A stretch of DNA of 64,000 nt from Tubiluchus corallicola. Its lineage: Eukaryota > Animalia > Priapulida. The notes below the pieces were generated by a model, which was not told where the DNA came from, searched no databases, and saw only the letters and a list, made by a program, of their open reading frames with translations. The stretch covers positions 1-64,000 of the forward strand of contig JAQGDQ010000052.1 of assembly GCA_030141605.1 (NCBI GenBank), in the 5' to 3' direction. The stretch's first letter is position 1. The number at the start of each line of letters is the position of its first letter. Both the position numbers and the translations under genes were made by a program. This document shows positions 14,701 to 27,587 of the stretch, piece by piece.

Positions 14701-17051
14701 GCCTCACTTACAGTTATGTGGCTTAGCTGTCAGTTATGTACAAATTGCTCTTTAGCTGTTGTACTGCTTTTTACCCAATATGATAATTAAAAGCTAAACA
14801 CAATGAGTTGTTAGCTAACACTCATGGTGAAGTGAGCGAGTCATTACTACTGCTGTTACTGAAATATTTTGAACTTTTTTGAAGTGTGTCTTCGAGACAA
14901 AGGTTAACATTATGCTGAACAAACAACGTTGTTTACTAAGTTGATAAGTTGTTATAAATGCCAGGAAATCCTTTACTCCTATTTATTATCCCACGCTAAA
15001 TAAATATTTTCCAACTAAACTTATCAAGTGTTAATGTGCTAAATTGTTCACTTAGATACATCTTTTTTCCAGCAACCCTGCCCGAGAAACAGCAAAGATG
15101 TGCATTACATAGTGACTGGGGAACTATAACTTTTGTATTTCAAGATGATGCAGGTGGACTGGAGGTAAGATTGTAGGAGTCATTAACATACCACTAGGTC
15201 AGTTTATAGACTATGATGATTCTTATGAACTCAAAAGAAAAGTCTAATTGTTATTATGTTAAAGCAATGTTGTGTGTGTGTTATAGCTCACATTTTTGAT
15301 TGTGATATTTTCCTGGTGTCTATATTTAACTTATTCAATGCAAAAAATTAATAACAATTTTTTTAAATCACAGACAAAGCTAGAAGATGGTCGCTTTGCT
15401 AAAGTACCGCCGAAAGATGGAGCTGTTGTACTGCACATGGCTGATATGATTCAAAGATGGACAGCTGATAGAATTAAAACTACGGTATGATTATGAATTT
15501 AATGCTGGGTTCCTAAGTTTGGACAAAGATTCCCTGAGCATGCAAAATCACTCTACCTGAATGTTTTAATCTTCATTCTCAAATGCATTCAATTTCTTCA
15601 CAGCTATTTTACAGTTTATTAGAATGAAAGTAAAATGCCAGCTTTATAACATTTTGTCACAAGAATTTTCTTAACTTGATGGTTTTAAAATTTCTGTGTT
15701 ATAGACAAAACGTTTCGACTAGTCCTTGTAATCATTGTCAGTAGTTGTACATCTTTAAATACTTAGGCTATTTTTCAAAATTTGAAGTTGGAGTTGAATT
15801 CCAAAGTTTATCATTCAAATTTTTTATATTTTCAAAATTTATGACTCCACAATTATAAGAATTTTCATTTAATAATTTGCAAGAATTGCAGAAGCAAATC
15901 TAGCATATAGTGAACAATGAAATGGATTTGTAATTCCTTTGTTAACAATCTTACTAGAGCACAAAATTTTAAATTTACCTTCATCATGTTTAATCACATA
16001 GTTTGAAAAATATAATATTTTTTATAGATGTATAACTATTGACAACAGTTTCAGGGGTAACAACGTTTTTTTTGTTTATATTCTGCTATGTCTTACTTCA
16101 TCAAACGTCCTATATTTACCCAGCAATGTTGAAACACAACCCTTTAGATAAACAAAATTCGTGTCAGCTTAGAGCTGAAGAACATGTTTAACTCTAATAC
16201 GATCAAGTATTATTCATAACTTAAATTACTAATGAAATGTCAGATTTTGTTTGACTGCTAAGTAAAGTTTTGTCTAAAGCAATGATACACTCTTGACTAG
16301 AGACGAAAAGCCAAACTGTTTTAGTCAGCAAAATTTTGCCTCATGGCCAATAATATAATCTAACCAATGCGATAGCTTTGCAAAAAGTAAACTTAGCAAT
16401 AGTTGGTGTCATACTTCATCAGTTTTGCTCAATAAACTCACCAATGTCACATGCAACGATCAAATAGGTTCAGATAAACTAAGGTTTTCTGCCGAGCCAA
16501 TGAAAAAGGTCATCATTACACATCATCAAAGGCCAGTCACAGTCAGATCATCATCAGAATCACAGTTGCAGTTATTATTTGAAACTGATTTTGAAAGGCA
16601 AGCCACTGAGCCCTTCTGGTAATCTGACCTATTTAATTAATAAGCAGCCAAGTGGTTTTGTTTGAATTATTTTCACCAGAATGCTGATTCACCCATGGCT
16701 CCTTAAAAATCATTGCCCTATACGTTCCTGTTTCAAGAATTTGTATTTTGGCAAGTTATTTTTAACTGGATGGCTGATTTTTCTAGAATCATTTTTGCAT
16801 TGCTAACAAGATTCGATACTCATATAACGTTAATGATGATGTTATCTTTCTGATGAAAGCTGCTTGTGTTTCAGCCTCATCGAGTAGCATTGCCAGACGA
16901 AGCCAATCGCACCAAACATCGCCAGTCGATCATATATTTCGTTTTTCCAGACAACGACACTGTGGTGGAGCCAATAGATGGGTCCAAGAAATATCCACCA
17001 ATTAACATTGTTGATTACTTTAATGAAAAACTGAAGAATAACTTTTACTAG
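11782..17051 (+). CDS. 2-oxoglutarate/Fe(II)-dependent dioxygenase, IPNS/DIOX_N + 2OG-FeII_Oxy family; 8 exons, 310 aa
   Basis: Exons 11782-11943, 12393-12505, 12894-12957, 13168-13284, 13402-13498, 15073-15164, 15374-15484 and 16875-17051 are all GT-AG with compatible phases and total 933 nt ending in TAG. Motifs: GCVHLINHGIP and KKFFDLP (DIOX_N), HSDWGTITFVFQDDAGGLE (HxD), PHRV (third iron ligand), RQSIIYF (RxS). Confidence 0.93.
13720..13765. repeat. Degenerate (CCCTAA)-like hexamer repeat in intron 5
   Basis: taacgctaaccgcaacccaagccctaatcttaaccctaacactaa. Confidence 0.55.
15700..16075. mobile_element. Penelope-like remnant with inverted terminal copies, in intron 7
   Basis: The reverse complement of 15707-15755 (aagatgtacaactactgacaatgattacaaggactagtcgaaacgtttt) resembles 16026-16070 (agatgtataactattgacaacagtttcaggggtaacaacgtttt). 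It contains a CTGAnnA...GTCGAAACG motif typical of Penelope terminal repeats. Confidence 0.45.
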
Positions 17052-17299
17052 TTAGAGTACATGCTGTGACATTGTCATTGAAAATGGAAACGGCTTACAA
17101 TTACCATCAGTGCATTCTCAAGATCGTTGTTAATATACAGGCCAATAGTATCTTTACATAAATGTACTAGGATATAGGGTCTTATATTGATAAGCATTTA
17201 TGGGAAAGTGAATTCATTATGAAGTAGTTCTTGTCTTTGACTATTTGTGGAAGTAGTTGGTTAGGTACCTTTAAAATCTTATTTAATCCATACCCATTC

Positions 17300-17670
17300 T
17301 AAAGGAGTATTAGCCTGTCTCAAGCCTGTATTATTGATCTTGTCTTTCTTAACGATAACTTAAATTTTGCAAAAAAAAACAAGTTCTTCTACAATTATGC
17401 AGATGACAATACACGTCATACTCACATTCCTGTTCAAATTAAGATTGCTTACCTTTTAAATTTTGATAAACGTATTTCTAGTGTATGCAAAAAAGCTTCA
17501 AACCAAATAAATGTAATTAAATGTATTGGAAAATACTTAAATGTGAACTGTAGAAAAGCAATATAATATTATGCATTTATAATGTCAGTTTTTAATTCTT
17601 GTTCACTGTTGTGAGGAAACATTGTAGTGCGAGGAATCACGATAAATTAGAAAGTGTACACTGTAGAGGA
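17300..17670 (+). mobile_element. Decayed CR1/L2-group LINE RT fragment (5' part of a split element)
   Basis: YNYADDNT near 17390, then FDKRISSVCKKASNQINVIKCIGKYL..AFIMSVFNSC..DKLESVH. Confidence 0.75.
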
Positions 17671-17689
17671 CCTACAAAAGATGTGTGAC

Positions 17690-18264
17690 ACTATATATAT
17701 ATATAGTTGCCATAAAAATAATGATTATAGACATCGTATACAATAAAATGTATATGCACAAGCACACTAATTACCAAAACGATGATGGTAATGACAATAA
17801 TACAAATAGCATAATTACTTAACTCGTGTAATAGATATGCATGCCACATATATATAGAGTATTAACTAAGATGGAGTCAAGAGGCAGATAGGAAACGGCG
17901 CCAGAAATGACATATATTAAAATATATTTAGAAAAACATTAAAATACACTGCAAAAATAATTGTACATACACAAAGATATACACTCATCAAATAAGCACT
18001 AAAATTACCTACATTAAATCATTAAAAAGAAGAATAAAATGCAATGAAAATATTTATTTTGCATATACATAATAAACATGTCATCAAAGACACAAAGAAT
18101 CGCATACATTAAAGGATATTAAACAAACATTAAAACGTACGGAAGAACGTACGTAATTAGGCCTATATGTGCACAACATACAGCTGGGACAAAATTATAT
18201 AGATTAAAAATGCATTAGAAAAAACATTAAATAAAACATAATTATATTATTTATGATTTATTAT
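17690..18264 (-). mobile_element. Probable 3' UTR and (TA)n tail of the minus-strand LINE whose coding part lies at 26679-27587
   Basis: T-rich minus-strand sequence ending at a (TA)n run near 17692-17706. ATTAT is shared on both sides of the hAT insertion. Confidence 0.45.
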
Positions 18265-19027
18265 CAGGGGCGGATACAGCCTTTAGAGAAAGGGTGGGCC
18301 CAATGAAAAAGCTGCTAGAGGGTCAGGGGCGGATCCCCGGCCGCCAAAGCATTTTACTGTATTTTAAACCATTTTTCTTGCTATTTCCTCAAGGAAATTC
18401 AATAGTTTAAAACTCATTATGTCACCTCAAACTTTTGACTCTTAATTACATACCAATATACTAGTATATAGTGTGTTTGACGTACATAACTTTAATGTGT
18501 TTTGTGATATTGTCAAAAGTAGAACCCTTGTGCTATGTGATATTTGCAGGTATTAAATTTTAATAAAGGCACTGCTAGAATTTGTTCTAGCACTGCTAAA
18601 ATCTATGAGTGTGGGAATTATGTAAATAATCAAGTATATGAATTGATCAGGCAGATCTGTGGAAATAGGATAAAGAAATTAGTACAACGCTAAAAATAGA
18701 TATGAGAATTTTTTGTGATAATTTTATTTAAACGGGCCATATACAACAACTGTATTTTCATAGGTAATTCACTGTTCGAGTGTCATAAAACTACAATAAG
18801 TGACGTAATGCACAACGTACTATCTGCACCTGAAGTTCTGATAAGATTAAAAAATTATATTAAACAGAAAACATGTGACATTATAGATGTAAGCACTCAG
18901 AGATAAAAAAACTGAGGGTTATGTCTCTCTAACATAAACATTCATCTATTTGCAACACAACTTGCTAACCTATGAGTGAGTTGAGTACAGATGCTGTTAA
19001 AGTTACAGCAATTACTAAAAATTGCAA

Positions 19028-20210
19028 TTACATGTGAGGCAAAGTCATTTGTCTGGGATTTCTGGCTGCATACATTTCTATGATTTTGACAATATCAATT
19101 TCAATATCTTTGTGTACAAACATTAATATCAATGCATTTAATCTGCCTTCTCCTATAGTTTTTCGGTACACATTTTTTATGAATCTAATAGTTGAATGGC
19201 TTCGTTAGATACCAGCTGCAGAAAGTGGCATCACAAGCAAAATGTTCAATATGGTGAAGACATTTGGGTACAATATAAAGTTGCATTTTTTGACAGTTCC
19301 TTGAATTGTGGAAAGTAGCTTAGCGTCTTCTGTGCAGCTCCAACGACAAACCCATCTCCTCACTTCTTGATGGAAAGTTAAGGGCGAATGAATGTCAGGT
19401 GCATAATACTACAATATGTCTTCAATTGCCTCCTCTGAAATCTTACAAAAGTTCTTTGGTATCAGACTTAGTGCCTTTTTGGCAAGTGTACAGATTGTTG
19501 CAAATCTCATCTCTAGTTCATTCACAAGTGCATCTAAGAAAGGAATAAATATACTCCTGCGAAAACAATCAATTGGGTGATCAGCTGGCATGTTGTTTCT
19601 TAACGACTGCCTATGACACCGACGAGGTATCTCTAAAGGACTCCCTGCAATTTCGGACATTTTTCACATTTTTTCCATATTTTGCAAAATTCAGATTCGC
19701 AGTTTTCACGCACATTTTTTAGTTCCTCAGTAATAAACTGAACTGTTTCATACGCGTCTAAAACATCCATAGTGCTACCTTGAAGCAGAACACTAATGTC
19801 TTTTGTAAACCCAAACAGGTATAACAAAATCTGAAAGGTTACTATAAACACAGAACTTGTTACTTGAACTAGTAGTCCATTTGCTTCCGTCTCAGCTTTT
19901 GCATCGAAACTGGACGAACGTGAAGCAGTATTTTCCAAGGCTGCGTACAAAGTTTCATAAAGACACTGGAATTCTTCCAAAGAAGTGTGCCGTTCGACCC
20001 ATCGTGTTTCACACATAGGTTTAATGCAAGCGTCCGAAGACGGCTGGTAATTTCATGGAGAGAATTTTTAAACTCCCGATGCCGTTTTGGAGAATACTTG
20101 AAAAAAATGCCAAAAGATTTTATTGTACAGATGGCACAATGCACTTCGCTGATAATACATGCGTTTAAGTTCATGATTTGCGCAGTGTATGTGGAATTTT
20201 GTATTGTCTT
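19028..20210 (-). pseudogene. Frameshifted hAT transposase, C-terminal half with hATC dimerisation domain
   Basis: IHCANHEL (CxxH), FFKYSPKR, CETRWVERH, FRRSIFIPFLDALVNELEMRF and RKTIGEGRLNALILMFVHKDI..YAARNPR, spread over several frames. Confidence 0.88.
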
Positions 20211-20334
20211 GTGTTATGCGCATGCGCAAGAGAGACTAAAATGGTTCAGTGCAGTAAAAGTCGTGTTTTAGTTTTTATCCATTCTCTTACCTGTTTATCT
20301 GGGATTCAAACACGTCTTTACTATTCACATACCG

Positions 20335-20346
20335 CTTCGAGCCGGA
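20335..20346 (+). promoter_or_regulatory. Primer-binding-site remnant complementary to the tRNA-Tyr 3' end
   Basis: CTTCGAGCCGGA lies just after the LTR-terminal CA. The canonical site is TGGTCCTTCGAGCCGGAT; the first 5 nt are mutated here. Confidence 0.6.
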
Positions 20347-23300
20347 CAGAAATATTATGTGCATTCAGTAAACTAAATTTCAATGGACTTCACTAACTTC
20401 AGCACACGGAAAATTCATTGGCGTTGTTCGTGCATTCTCCTTCCTCCACGCACACAGTAGCAGACGAACTTGGTTATTTAATTCACAAAGTGCAAATTAA
20501 GTTTGCGTCGTAGAGACAGTGCACAATGACTTTTTAGAGCTTTTAATTGATGATCCAGACCGTGAGGCTGCTGAAAAGGAAATGACAAAGCAGGCTAAGT
20601 ATGAGGAACAGGCAAACGCAACTTTTTTAAAGCGAAAAGACTACTTTCACGTTTAGAGACTCAAGACTTGCAGTCACAGCATGCTAGTAGTGTATGTTCA
20701 GATTCCAGTATGAGACATTCTCTGCCTAAATTAGAAGTGCCAAAGATCGGCGGAAGCTTTTTCGAGTGGAGTTTTTCTGGGACACGTTTGAGGCTGCTGT
20801 TGATTCGCTCCCCATACCCAACGTGCAGAAATTCGCATACTTACGCATTGCATTGGTGGGACGCGGCGAGTGATGCTTTGACTGGCATACCAGCGTCGTC
20901 ATCCAACTATGAAGCAGCAGTGAAATTACCGAAAAGTCGTTTTGGAGATCCTTCCCTATTAATTGGGCTTTTTTCGCAAAAGTTATTGGGAAGTTGAAGT
21001 GCGACGGAAATATTTCTCAGTTTCGCACCATGTTAGATTCGTTTGAAGCCTCGCTGTGGGAAATACGCTCGCTCACAGCTGAGATTATGCCTTATGATGG
21101 GGCCCTGGAGGCTGGAACATTGTCTTCTTTATTACTTGTGCCTCTGCTTTTAAATAAACTGCCATGCAATGGAATCGACACGCCAGAGATTCTACAGACA
21201 GGTTTGATTTAAATGTTTGATTTGCAAATTCTGAGTTAGAGTCATTAGAAGCGTTGCAGGCGTCTGGCAGTCATCGTAGCAAAGAAGCCGAATCTGTCTC
21301 CGATTCACAAACCCAGGCCACCCGCGACTATAGTGACGTCACATTCAGACTCGTCTGCTCACCAAATTCCCATTCAACAGCTACCTTTGCAGGAGAAAAA
21401 AGCAGCTGTAAAATCTCGTGGTCTGTGCGTTATTTGCTTAGGGAAAACTCATCACATCCATTACTGTCCGAGCGACATACGATGTCGGCAACAAGAAGCG
21501 CCATTCTTTCTTGCACAATTCTGAATCTTGGCCTGGGGCAACTTCTGACGATTATCACAAAAGGTCAAACACTGGATTAACTCCTTCGCTAAATACTACA
21601 CGAGTTTCTGGTCAACAGATTACGATAGGTGGTTCGTCTGTGCTACAGACAGTGACTTTATTCGTTAAAAGTCATAAAGGTGGTCGCGAGGTCAAAGCAA
21701 GGGCATTCTTGGATACTGGTGCAGAAGAGGCTTACATTACACGGGAGCTGGCTAGCAAGTTACACTTAGATTCTGTGGGTCAGAAGTTATTTGGTAATGA
21801 GTGCTTTGGCGGTGGCAGATCCATTCCAGTCATGCATCAGAGGCAAAGACTGAAATTAGGTGGTCGGCACAATATTCAATATTTTTCTGTTGACTTTTGG
21901 GAGGTGAGTTCTATTTGTTCACCTCTGCCAAATCATCATACAGGCAAGAAAAGATTGCTACAGGACCAAATCTTATTCAGGATCTCACTAGTGTTCTGAT
22001 CAATTTTAGATTGTACAAGATTGTAATCAGCTGTGACATATATGCTGCATTCTTACAAATATCCATTAAGGAGAGTGATAGAGACTACATTAAGTTTTTG
22101 TGGTGGAGACGTGGAGAACTTGTCACGGGAAGGTTTGCGAGATTTCCGTTTGGCTTGAAGTCTTCACCGTTCTTATTATAGTCTGTTCTTCAGTATTATG
22201 TAAGAAACAATGAAGAAGAGTATGGCGAGCTCGCATGGTATTCTCTTTAGAAGCATATACATGGACGATGTTGTTGCAGGTACTGATTCACGTGAACATG
22301 TACAGCAGCTCAGACATTACTTAGTAGAATTATTCTTCGCTGCGTGAATGGAACTGCATAAGTGGAAATCTTCTTGTAAATTCACCAACAGTGTGGATCT
22401 GATGAAAAATGGGATTCTGAACCAGAAAAACTACTTGGCATTTTTCGGTCAACAACTGCAGATACTATTTGTATTGATATAAAATGTATTGTTAATGCAC
22501 TTGTGTACACTAAACGTGATCTTTTGAGTATATGTTCTAAGGTATTTGACCCTTTAGGTCTTTTGTCACCTGTGATAATTAAACTGCACATTCTTTTTCA
22601 GCTGTCCTGGCGAGCTAAGCTTGCTTGGGATGACCCGTTGCCAGTCGAGATAAGAACTGCTGTGCAAAATACACTGCATGATCTAAGTACGAGCTCTGAT
22701 GTAATTGTAAAGCGATATGTTCCTTGTGATTTGCCTGAGTTGTACGTTTTTGCTGACGCCTCACCTCAGGCTCATGCAGCTGCAGCATATGTGAAGAATT
22801 CAGTTCGGTTAGCTCTTCTTTGGCCAAGCAAAAGTAGCTCCTATAAAGCCTCTTTTGACGTTGCCCCGTTTGGAATTAATGCCTGCAGTTCTTGCTACTA
22901 GGCTGTATACTTTCGTTTATACTTCTTCTGATGTCATTTGCTCTTGCCCTGTCTGCTTTTGGCCAGACTCAACCATTGCATTATCTTGGATTCGTAAAGA
23001 TGCTGACTTTTGGAAGCCATTTGTGAGCCACAGAGTGGCTGAGATACAGCTGCGTGTATCTCCAGAGAATTGGCACCATGTATTAGGTACTCAAAACCCG
23101 CCGATCTTGCAACTATTGGGATCTCTCTACAGTCTTTGAATGATTCTTCCTTGTGGTGGCAGGGACCCCCTTTCTCTCTATGTGTTCAACCCAGTCTTAT
23201 CCACCAGATGCAGATATTGATGTTGGAGCTTTGGAGGAAGCTAGGCCAATTAATACTTTCACAAGCTTGACAGTGCATACTTCATTGCCTTCTGCATTTT

Positions 23301-24072
23301 TGGAGGTAAATAGGTGGGGAACATTGCCTAAAGCTGTAGGTGTGATAGGCTATGTACTTCGATTCATACAGAACCGCCGACGTATGGGCCTGAATGAACC
23401 TTTGTCAAGGAGAGGGCCTCGGCTCTTACTGTGCTTATACGATTATTCCAGTTGGAAACATTTCATTTGAAATTCGAAACTTTAGTTAAAGTGTCCGATA
23501 TTCCTAAAGATTCTAGGTTATCTAACTTCCGAGTTTACTTGGACAAAGATCAAATGTTGATTTTAGTGAAGCCTAGAACGGGAGAAGGTTCACTTCCATT
23601 GTTGTCAGGGAGTAGCAAGTTATTTCAACTTGTTGTTCAGGATGCTCATGTGGGCCTCTTGTCTGCCCTCTACTTTGGCGGAGATTCGCAGATCATTTTG
23701 GGTGCCGCAGCTAAGGCGTAACGTCAAGAAAGTGCTTTTGGGTTGTGTCAGGTGTTGTCGTGCAAATTCGCGACCATTCATCTCTGAAGAGTCCTCCTTA
23801 CTTTCATTTAGGACTATTCCTAGCAGGCCATTCTCTCAAGCTGGACTTGATCATTTGGGCCCATTTCATTTGCGCTCAAATGAAAAGTGTTGGGTTCGTC
23901 TGTTTACTTGCTCTGTGACCAGGGCTATTCATTTAGAGGTATTCAGTAGTCCAAATGAAACTGAAACTTCTCTGGCCATTCGTAGTTTTTTGCTCGACGG
24001 GGTGTAGTCTCATGCTTTTACAGCAACAATGGCTCGTCTTTTAAGACTCTTTCAAAGTTGCTTAGAAGCCAG

Positions 24073-25307
24073 TGTAACATTTTGGATGTGATATGTCTGC
24101 TGTCATTTGCTTATTAGCATTGGTTAATTTTTGTTGTATCATTTTTGACTTATTTTGCCACTAGATGGCTGTTACTTTCTTATCCTGAGTTTTTATTTAA
24201 GCTAACAGAAGGCAGATCCATGTTTAACTTAGTTATTGGGGGTAGCCCAAAACCTCTATTTTTCCTTTGTACCATGTTAGTGATTCAGTTACCAAAAGAG
24301 CATCATGGATGAATATTCAATACGTTGACACCAAGATGTGTGTATCCTCGAATAAACTTCACTTGTTTTGCACATCTGCAGGGAGATGTAATTTTAGATA
24401 TGCCACACAGATACACCCTGACAGTGTACATGTATAGTGAGTGGAAGCCAGAACAAGTGACCTAGAAAAGTTAGTTCAGGTAGAGAGCTGCTTAAATTTG
24501 GATGTTATAAGCAGCCATGTTAATAAAAAGCAGCGAATAAATTTTGGTAACAACATGAAAGTGATTTTGGAGCCGACAATAGTTAGCTTGGTGTAGCTGT
24601 AGTTGGTGATGTTGGTAGACTAGACCCACTGTTAAAGTCAACTATCCTATATACGTCAATCTGAGGTGCAAAGCCGTATTTTGGTATGGAACAGACTGTC
24701 ATTTGCTATAGTGTTGATGTATCCAGAGTAAGACTTATTCTGTGCAGAACAGGTTGCCGGTAAGACGTATCATTACTACATTTTCTAATATCTGGAGGAA
24801 CATTAACTGTTTGCCACACGTCGATCATTAACTTCTTGAAGTGAAGCTTGGGACTTGGTAGTAAACAGGCCTGCTGGTGAAGTACAGTCTATGGCGCCTC
24901 CCACTAACCTGCCTTCTTACTATCTCATCATTACCTTGGGAGTGGGGCTTTACTTTGTGCACACCTGTATATTACTCATAAATTGTAATGCTGATTAGAA
25001 AACCGTTTTGTCAGTGTATTAAAGGTTTATTTTGCTATCACACAACAAATTTCACCGTCATTTACATCCTTTAAATTTTATGATGTGAGCGCAGCTTTAA
25101 TTTCAATAAACCTACAAAAGTGTTGATTTCTTTATACCAATCTAATACTGTTTTGCGTTAATTTACATTTGGTGATTGGACATTGAGGTTATATCCAGTA
25201 ATCACTAGGCTGCCTATTAACAATTAATCAGGTAACGATCTCCGTGGAGTTTAAACAATTTACATATTTTGTTTGAAGTCCTTAGACCAGAATTCCGTCA
25301 TGTTACA
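24073..25307. mobile_element. Solo LTR (1,235 bp) inserted in the Bel/Pao integrase
   Basis: TGTAACAT...ATGTTACA termini and a perfect 5-bp TSD GCCAG (24068-24072 and 25308-25312). Removing it rejoins the integrase as LLRSQVSWKLIPEASP*WGGFWER. Confidence 0.9.
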
Positions 25308-26678
25308 GCCAGGTTTCATGGAAACTTATCCCAGAGGCTTCTCCCTAGTGGGGAGGTTTTTGGGAACGTTTGGTTGCAAGCGTAAAGTCACGTTTGAAGA
25401 AAACACTTGGTAATTCGTCTCTTTCTTGTCCTGAATTCTGTACAGCAAGTTGTGAGATAGAGGAGTCCATCAATATAAGGCCTTTAACTGAGATTGACTC
25501 GCTTGGGGAACCCCTCACCCCTCTTCATTTTATACTTGGTACATCACCTCCAGGCAGGTTAGATGTTGCTATTCAATTAAACTTTCTGCCCCCTACTCCG
25601 CTCTCTTTGGTTCGTAGGTGGAGACATCGTGTTTTCACAAGTCAGCAGTTTAGGAAGAGATGGCTATCCTCCTACTTACAAACACTTCGTAAGTGGCATA
25701 ATCCATGTGGTAGTAGTCGTCCGTCAAAGGAAGGTGAAGTTGTTTTGGTAAATGCAGCCCCTTATCCACGTCACAAATGGCCCTTGGGTAAGGTCACCTC
25801 TCTAATTCCAGGCAGAGATGGTGTTGCGCATATAGCATGGGTGTTGATCAAAGGTCGCAAGACTCGTCGACTCATTAATAAATTATTAATTAATTAATAA
25901 AGCCCTCTAGAAGCTTTTCTCATGCGGCGCAATGCCTCTTTGGTTTAGGCTATGATGTAGTTAATGAGTTAATTCATTTCAGATTTTTTTCCATAATTAA
26001 CATGCAAATTACTGTAGTATTTACTTCGTTTAATTTTGCAATGTAGACCTAAACAGTCTTAATTCTTAAAATTTCTTGTTCATTGTTGAGCAATCCGAAA
26101 TAGTTATGTTCTCAGCTTTTGTAAAGCGGTCTGTATTGAGTAACACGATGGCTTGCTATTGTGTAATACATGTGTTGTATGGATTACTAGGGTTAGTTCA
26201 TACTATTTGGAAATTCTGAAAATTGACATCTTTACATTAATTTTGCTACTGTTTAACAGTTTAAGAATGATAATTAGTGTAGTTTGTTTTCTCCTCTTTC
26301 TGCTGGTTTCAGGCGATGACTCGCTCCGTCGGCAGTTAAGTACCTGCAATATACGTCATCTACTGTAAGCTGCAGCTTACGTCTTGATCAGTCGATTCAT
26401 ATTTGTTTCATTATGCCGCCGAACCGGTTGCAGAGAAACTTACATCTATATTGCGCACAGCGATATCTTTGCCAAAAACTTCAATTATTTCTTATAAAGG
26501 GCACAACGTTTTTACACTTAAATCATTAATGCAGAACTTTTTACTCGATATAAGTCATTAAAAGCTACCACTAAACGTTCTAAAGCTTATAATCCAGAGA
26601 AAATATTTACTTGGTGTGCTGTAACAGCTACTATGAATGGGGCCCAGGCCCCTTGGGCCCACCCCCTAATTGCCACTG

Positions 26679-27587
26679 ATTATGGCCTAGGGTAGATGAA
26701 ATTCTTGTCTCGATTTACATTATCATTGGTATTGCTTGGTTTGCCGTACCAGTTCAAGTAGTAAGCTTTTAATTTAGTTTTTAATGTCGGGAACGCGTTT
26801 CTTTCTTTTTGTTGCTTGGTAGTGAGTTCCATAGGTAAATTGCCTTTTTAGCAATAGATTTGTTGCCATACTTATTGTTAGTCGTGATTTGTGCAATGTT
26901 GGATGTGCGGCTATTTAATGCCGGATTTAGAAAATAGGCGATTTATTGTTAATAAATGGAGCACTAATCTGTTTGTACTTGCAGAGAAATATTAATGTGT
27001 GGTAACCTTAATATTAATATGCGCTTCTAGGATCGGTATTTTCAACGATCGAGGATCTTGTATGTGTAGCAGAGAAATGAGTGTTTTTGTTAACAGCCTT
27101 TGTGGTTGTCCAGAAATCAGTCTGAGGGCACAGCTATGAAGAGTGCTTAGTTTATTGAAGTTTTCTCTTGAAATATTCTGATACGAACAGCAACCATAGA
27201 TATACTGAGGCATTGCAAATGTTTTATAGATCTGGACTTTGTTTGCCTATAATGTTGTCCCCTTACTTGACGTAGGAAAGATATACGGAATGACGTTTTT
27301 TATACATTTTGTTAAATTGTTGGTCGTAGGAAGGATAATTGTTCACCAATGTTAACCTAAAAATTTGATTGTTTCTGAGCTTTTAATTGCAGATTCGCAA
27401 ACTTTTAGTGGTATTGCTGTCGTTAAATGGTCATTCGTTGGTAAGATTTGCATGTATTTTATTTTCCGTTGCTCATTTTTAATTCGTGTAAGTCAAAATG
27501 CTGCATTAATATTTACCATAATATCTTGTTCCAACCTGTATCTGGTTGAATCAATGTGTTCATTGGCCGTGTGTATTGTTAAATCTA
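26679..27587 (-). mobile_element. 5'-truncated CR1/L2-group LINE ORF2 C-terminus
   Basis: Minus strand: MPQYIYGCCSY..KLSTLHSCALRLI..NKYGNKSIAKKAIYLWNSLPS..KTKLKAYYL. Confidence 0.75.

Larger units (their letters stand above)
20212..26340 (+). mobile_element. Degenerate Bel/Pao LTR retrotransposon (gag-pro-RT-RNaseH-IN)
   Basis: Short TG..CA LTR candidate at 20212-20329 and a PBS remnant. Gag LPKLEVPK..FWDTF, zinc knuckle CVICLGKTHHIHYC, protease FLDTGAE, RT CDIYAAFLQI / PFGLKSSPF / YMDD, RNase H FADAS, integrase GLDHLGP / WGGFWERLV, C-terminus PRHKWPLGKVTSLIPGRDG. Many frameshifts; no 3' LTR found. Confidence 0.92.
18265..26678 (-). mobile_element. hAT DNA transposon (Tip100/ZMYM1-THAP12-like), internally deleted and interrupted by a Bel/Pao element
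   Basis: Left end CAGGGGCGGATAC...GGGTGGGCCC at 18265. Right end reads CAGTGGCAATTAGGGGGTGGGCCC on the minus strand from 26678. Only a 5-bp ATTAT flank is duplicated, not a full 8-bp TSD. Confidence 0.65.
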
